In this document: positions 59,445 through 64,000 of the stretch, in pieces
How the letters are laid out: the number at the start of each line of letters is the position of its first letter
How positions within the stretch are numbered: position 1 is the stretch's first letter
Assembly: GCA_963665845.2 (NCBI GenBank)
Contig: OY762492.1
Span: 2,080,001-2,144,000, forward strand
Source of the DNA: Candidatus Poribacteria bacterium
GTDB taxonomy: Bacteria; Poribacteria; WGA-4E; GCA-2687025
Length of the DNA: 64,000 bases
Reading direction: 5' to 3'
Translations under genes and position numbers: made by a program
Notes under the pieces: generated by a model
The model's database searches: none
Told to the model about the DNA's origin: nothing
Seen by the model: the letters and a program-made list of their open reading frames with translations, nothing else

Positions 59445-59546
59445 TTATGATAGCGCGCATCTGCGGCGGCGTCGCAATCGTTTTGCCGAAACGGAAAATT
59501 CCGCTGCGATGACCATGACATCTTCAAGCGTTAATTTTATCAAGAT

Positions 59547-59933
59547 TCACCCAAGAACTTCCCAGGCGCGCGCATGGTCTCGCTTGATTCGGTTGATGAT
59601 GCGCATGTTTTTGGACCCGTATTGCCGCGCCGCCTCCAGATCCGCTTTTGCTTTCGCCCACTCTTTCAGGCGCAGATAAGCTCCTCCGCGGCGATAGTAA
59701 GCGTCCGCATGGTCAGGCTTCAACTCAATCGCGCGGGTGTAATCCTCAACGGCGCGCTCAATATCGTTCAGCGCGGCAAAACACATCCCGCGCCGAACGT
59801 AAGCGTCCGCATGGTCAGGCGCATGACGCAGCGCCTCCGTGAAGGCGTCCGCCGCCTCCGCATGCTCGCGATTCTGCGCATGAAGAAGGGCGCGCTTGTA
59901 AAGGGCGTCGAACGGGCTGGCGAAATCGGACAT
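59547..59933 (-). CDS. Small TPR protein
   Basis: PDHADAYVRRG and PDHADAYYRRG repeats. Confidence 0.85.
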   Translation of the reverse strand: MSDFASPFDALYKRALLHAQNREHAEAADAFTEALRHAPDHADAYVRRGMCFAALNDIERAVEDYTRAIELKPDHADAYYRRGGAYLRLKEWAKAKADLEAARQYGSKNMRIINRIKRDHARAWEVLG

Positions 59934-60004
59934 CGCGGCTCTCTTCTCGATTGCGTATATGATACCACGCCTCTTCCCCTTATGAAAAGGGCGCGGCGGC
60001 TTTT

Positions 60005-60420
60005 CTGGACTCCCCCTTGAAAAGGGGCAGGGGGGGTTTGCGCAGGCGGCTCGCGATTGGTTTTGAACTAGGATGAAAGGATTATTAAGATTGCCAAGAG
60101 CGCCGCGCACGGGAATTCTCTTGGCAATCTTTTCAATCTTGGCAATCCTAGTTCAGACGGCAACAACGGCGGCGCCGACTACTCTCCCCCCTTGAAAAGG
60201 GGGGCAGGGGGGTTTCCGCGGCGCCTCTAGATTCCCGCGCGTTTTACCGCAGGGGCGGGAATGACGGCCGGGGATGCGGACGCTTGGGATGAACGCGGAC
60301 GGTTTCGGGGCAGACTCTAGATTCCCGCTTGCGCGGGAATGCATGCCCTCGCGGAAGCGGGGGACGGTCTGGTTGGCGGAGCCTTTTTCCCATGAACAAT
60401 GGCTTTGGCCGTTCACAGGG
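60005..60420. repeat. Mixed repeat cluster, partly the reverse complement of 26289..26740
   Basis: CCCCCTTGAAAAGGGG x2, TGAACTAGGAT...ATCCTAGTTCAGAC palindrome, two REPs, MITE interior. Confidence 0.85.
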
Positions 60421-60424
60421 GGGC

Positions 60425-61537
60425 TTATCTCCCCCCTTCGCCTTCCGCATATTGAGCCGTCCCAGCGCGTATCTCCCACACATCTGAGGCGGCGCGGGCG
60501 CGTAGATCCTCCGCCGCTTCGGTCGCCGTTAAAAAAACCTGCGGCGACAACGACCCGAACGCTGAAAAAAGACGCCCCGCCCGCCCCCTGTCCAGCTCCG
60601 AGACCACATCGTCCAGCAGCGCGACCGGCGCGACCCCCGCCGCCGACTTCAACCACTCAAACTCCGACAACTTCAACGCCAGCGTCAAGGTGCGCTGCTG
60701 CCCCTGCGAACCGAAACGGCGCGCGCTCCGTCCGTTCAAACGCAGCTCCAGGTCGTCCCGATGCGGACCGACCGATGTGGTCCCGCGGCGTATGTCGTTC
60801 GGTTCCGCCGCCGACAGCCGTTCGGCAAACGCCTCCGCCAGCGGTTCGCCCGACACATTGGCGCGGTAGATCATCTCCGCCTCCTCGCCCTCTCCCGCCA
60901 GCCGTTCATGTTGAATCCGCAGCAGCGGGCGCAGCTCTCCGCACACCTCCAAGCGGCGCGCCGTGAGGCGAACGCCCGCCTCTACCAGCGGAGCCTCCCA
61001 GACGCGCAGTTCGGACCGCGCCATGCGGCGGTCGCGCGCCTGTTTCAGCGCCTCGTTGCGCTGCGACAACGCGCGCCGGTAATCGATCAGATCGGACAGG
61101 TAATCTTTGCGCGCCTGCGAAATGAGCGCGTCTAAAAAACGGCGGCGATCCTCGGGAGACCCGCGAACCGCCGCCGTCGACTCAGGAGCGAAAAAAACAA
61201 TCTTCAAGAGGCCGACGATGTTTGAAAAACGGGTCTGCGCCTTTCCGTCCAACGTTACCCGTTTTCGTCCGCCGCGCTCATATGCGATCTCCAAACGGCG
61301 GCGCGAATAGCCGTCGTTCAACAGCCCCCGTATGTAGTAGCTGGAGGCGCCGTGCCGCGCCATCTCCGCGTCCGACGCCGCGCGGTGCGAGCGGGTCGCC
61401 GCCAGCATATGAATCGCTTCCAGCAGGTTCGTCTTTCCCTGCGCGTTCTCCCCCAGAAAAAGATTGAACCTGCCGAAGCGAAGCGTCGTCTCCTCGTAGT
61501 TGCGAAAATTGACAACCGTCAGCTCCTCAAGGCGCAC
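60425..61537 (-). CDS. recF: DNA replication/repair protein RecF
   Basis: NFRNY, GENAQGKTN, GPHRDDL, GSQGQQR, LLDDVVSELD. Confidence 0.97.
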   Translation of the reverse strand: MRLEELTVVNFRNYEETTLRFGRFNLFLGENAQGKTNLLEAIHMLAATRSHRAASDAEMARHGASSYYIRGLLNDGYSRRRLEIAYERGGRKRVTLDGKAQTRFSNIVGLLKIVFFAPESTAAVRGSPEDRRRFLDALISQARKDYLSDLIDYRRALSQRNEALKQARDRRMARSELRVWEAPLVEAGVRLTARRLEVCGELRPLLRIQHERLAGEGEEAEMIYRANVSGEPLAEAFAERLSAAEPNDIRRGTTSVGPHRDDLELRLNGRSARRFGSQGQQRTLTLALKLSEFEWLKSAAGVAPVALLDDVVSELDRGRAGRLFSAFGSLSPQVFLTATEAAEDLRARAASDVWEIRAGTAQYAEGEGGR

Positions 61538-61547
61538 GGAAACGGCG

Positions 61548-62885
61548 TCATTTCATCAGCGGCATGACGACGCAGATGTAATCGTCCGTGTCCGACTCGC
61601 GCACCACGGCGGCGCTGTTGTGGTCTTTGAAGTCCAGAAACACCACCTCGGAACGGGCGGCTTCCAGCGCGTCCGCCAAGAACGTGTGCTTGAAGTCGAT
61701 GTCGAGCGGCTCCGTCGAGGCGGCGTTGATCTCCTCCTCCGCCTGCCCCGCCGCCGATATAGACGACAGCGCCAGATGATCCTCCTTGACGCTCAAGGTG
61801 AGCCGCAGCGTCGACCGGTCGGAGAACTGGCTGATGCGCCGTATCGCGTTCATGAGGGCGCCGCGGTTCACCTCCATTCGAATCGAGTTCGCTTTCGGGA
61901 TCAGTTCCCGGTATTCGACGTAGTTGCCGTCCTGGAGGCGGCTGATGAGCGTCTTGCCGCCGCTGTCGAACACGATCTGGGCGGCGGGGGAGTTTTCGCG
62001 CGTCACCGTTCCGACGCGCAGTTCGTCGTCCGCTTCAAAGGCGCGCAGAAGCTCGTCGGCGGCTTTTGTCGGCAGAAGGGCGCTCCATCTCGGACGCTCG
62101 CCGGCGGGCTGCTCTTCCTGTTCCTCCGCCTCTTCTTCCGCCTCCTCTTCCTCTTCGCCGCCGTTCTCTTCGCCATCCTCTTCGCCGGCGTTCTCTTCGG
62201 CTTCCTCGGCTTCTTCCGCCTCTTCGACGGGTCCGTTGCCGCTTTCTTCCGCCTCTTCCGGCTCGTTCTCTTCGCCGCTGTCTTCTGAATGGTCGCCGCT
62301 GTCCTCCGATACAGGATCGCCCCAGTCGCCGAGACCCTCCACATCGACATTTTTGACGGCGAGGCGCATGCTGTCGGTCGCCACGGAGCAGAGCCGGTCG
62401 TCAAACGCTTGGAAGAAAACGGCGTTCAGAACATACCGCGTCTCTTCCGAGGCGACGGCAAACTTGGTGCAGCGGATCAGCTCCTGCAGGTCGCCCGCCT
62501 TGATGCTGAAATCGAACCGGTCGGCGGTTTCAATGCGCGGAAATTCATCCGCGGCGATGCCGGGCAATTTGGCGGCAACCTTGCCGCACTGAACGGAGAT
62601 CTGCCGCCCGTCCAGCTTTTCGATGCGCACATGCTCGTCCGGCAATTCGCGCACGAAGGCAGCCAGCTTGGCGGCGGGCAGCGTCGCGCTACCCTCCTCT
62701 TCCACATGGGCGTCCACCCGCAGGCGCACGCTCACCTGGAGATCGGTCGCCGTCAAAACGGCGATGTCATCTTCAACATCGATCAGGACATTGGCGAGAA
62801 TGGGCAGCGAGCTTTTGGTCATCGCGACGCTCTGCAGCAGCTGCATCGCGCTGTTGAGTTCGGTTCGGTCAAATACAAGTTTCAT
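61548..62885 (-). CDS. dnaN: DNA polymerase III beta clamp with a large acidic insertion
   Basis: PILANVL, ATDLQ, EETRYVLN, ATDSMRLA, SRLQDGNY, VVMP; lies between dnaA and recF. Confidence 0.95.
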   Translation of the reverse strand: MKLVFDRTELNSAMQLLQSVAMTKSSLPILANVLIDVEDDIAVLTATDLQVSVRLRVDAHVEEEGSATLPAAKLAAFVRELPDEHVRIEKLDGRQISVQCGKVAAKLPGIAADEFPRIETADRFDFSIKAGDLQELIRCTKFAVASEETRYVLNAVFFQAFDDRLCSVATDSMRLAVKNVDVEGLGDWGDPVSEDSGDHSEDSGEENEPEEAEESGNGPVEEAEEAEEAEENAGEEDGEENGGEEEEEAEEEAEEQEEQPAGERPRWSALLPTKAADELLRAFEADDELRVGTVTRENSPAAQIVFDSGGKTLISRLQDGNYVEYRELIPKANSIRMEVNRGALMNAIRRISQFSDRSTLRLTLSVKEDHLALSSISAAGQAEEEINAASTEPLDIDFKHTFLADALEAARSEVVFLDFKDHNSAAVVRESDTDDYICVVMPLMK

Positions 62886-62924
62886 TGCGGTTCCTTTCGC
62901 GTTTGATGCGGCGCGTCCGCGCCT

Positions 62925-63300
62925 TTATCTTTTTTAATTTAAAAATAGTAGCAGTAGTAGTAGGACCTGTGGAAAACGCGCGCAACCGCCATGAGTCCAG
63001 TGACCGCGCGCCATGGAGGCGTATGAAAACCGTTGGAAAACCGCCCCCGTAACTTTGTGAACAACTTTTGGAGAAACGGCATGCGCCGCTTTAGCCCAAA
63101 ACCGCCGGCAAAACGGCAACAGCCTTTCCAACGCTTTCCCACAAAATTGTCCACATGCGCATTTGAGCGGCAAAATCGGAGCGCGCCGTCCAAAACGCCA
63201 TGCGAATAACTTGTGGGAAAAAGATGTGGGAAATTGTGGATAACCCGTATAAACCCGCTTGTTATGCGGGTTTGCAGCGGTCGAGTTATCCACAAAAACG
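62925..63300. other. Replication origin (oriC)
   Basis: Perfect DnaA boxes TGTGGATAA (63235) and TTATCCACA (63286), several near-matches, and DnaA-trio-like repeats with an AT tract next to dnaN. Confidence 0.9.
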
Positions 63301-63324
63301 TTTCTGCTCCGCCGCGTTTTGTTC

Positions 63325-63600
63325 GGTAGTACGCGCATGCGGTGAACTTCATTTTTTGATTTTAAAGCGCCCGCGCTCTCATAGGCTGCCCCTGTGAAAA
63401 CGGGGGTTCCCCGCTTCCGGGAGGACATGCATTTCCGCGCCTGCGGTAATACGCGCGGGATTCTTAGCCGCCGCAGACGCTGTCCGCTCCTGCGGAAACC
63501 CCCCCAGCCCCCCTTTTCAAGGGGGGAGTCCAGAAGCGCCGCGCCCTCATAGCCTGCCCCCGTGAAAACGGGGGTCATTCCCGCGCAAGCGGGAATCTTA
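63325..63600. repeat. Composite MITE/REP cluster between dnaA and oriC
   Basis: GGTAGTACGCGCATGCG end, long-loop REP, CCCCCTTTTCAAGGGGGG hairpin, standard REP. Confidence 0.75.
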
Positions 63601-63691
63601 GGCGGCGACGAAGAACGGGGTTGTTCTTCGGAGCGCGCCGTCCATACCGCGTCCCCGATCAACATCGTCGCATGGGCGTACCGCCTTTTGT

Positions 63692-64000
63692 TCATGAGGA
63701 GGAGCCTCCGCGTTTCAAACGCCCGCCTTGAATCAGCTGTTTCAGCTTCTCGATCGTCTCCGCCGTCTCCGGATTTTCCTGCGCCTCTTTCTCGATTTTC
63801 AGGCATGCCGAATGAACGGTGCTGTGGTCGCGCCCGCCGAATTCGCGCCCGATGTCCATGAGCGAATCGTCGGTCAGCTGGCGGCAAAGATACATCGCCA
63901 TATGGCGCGCGTAGGCGACCCGCTTCGTGCGCCGTTTCGATTTCAGCTCCGCCGCGCTGACGCCGTAAAAATCGGCGGTCGTTTCCAGCGCCTGTTTTGA
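63692..64000 (-). CDS. dnaA: Chromosomal replication initiator DnaA (C-terminal part)
   Basis: Domain IV: ARHMAMYLCRQLT..SLMDIGREFGGRDHSTVHSA. Confidence 0.95.
   Translation of the reverse strand, partial: SKQALETTADFYGVSAAELKSKRRTKRVAYARHMAMYLCRQLTDDSLMDIGREFGGRDHSTVHSACLKIEKEAQENPETAETIEKLKQLIQGGRLKRGGSSS

Noticed and set aside
62934-63887. 317-aa ORF between dnaA and dnaN
   Set aside because: Spans the dnaA tail, repeat modules and DnaA boxes; the translation contains REP-derived text (KIPACAGMT, SPLEKGGWGG).

Overview
GC-rich bacterial chromosomal segment that ends at the replication origin (recF-dnaN-oriC-dnaA at the right edge). Five secreted proteins end in a shared C-terminal motif, SV(D/E/Q)xxGKxxx(Q/E)W(G/A)x(L/V)K. 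With the many WD40/TPR/PD40/LamG proteins this suggests Candidatus Poribacteria (inference). Housekeeping content: cysE, purF, PurS-like, tmRNA, split nitrilase+nadE, rsmI, yajC-queA-ruvBAC-yebC, nfo, thiC, recF, dnaN, dnaA. Accessory content: an Omp85 gene among motif-bearing secreted proteins, six small two-TM DUF4190-like genes in tandem, a cysE-DUF1858-ATP-grasp operon, degenerate GH38 and GH32 enzymes, a J-domain/double-WD40 protein, an ABC system with three paralogous permeases and an orphan SPPY-type methyltransferase. Intergenic DNA is filled with modular palindromic repeats (three hairpin classes, two MITE-like shells, two tandem arrays). No CRISPR array, prophage, transposase or integrase is seen. 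All family calls are from motif recognition by eye, not database searches.
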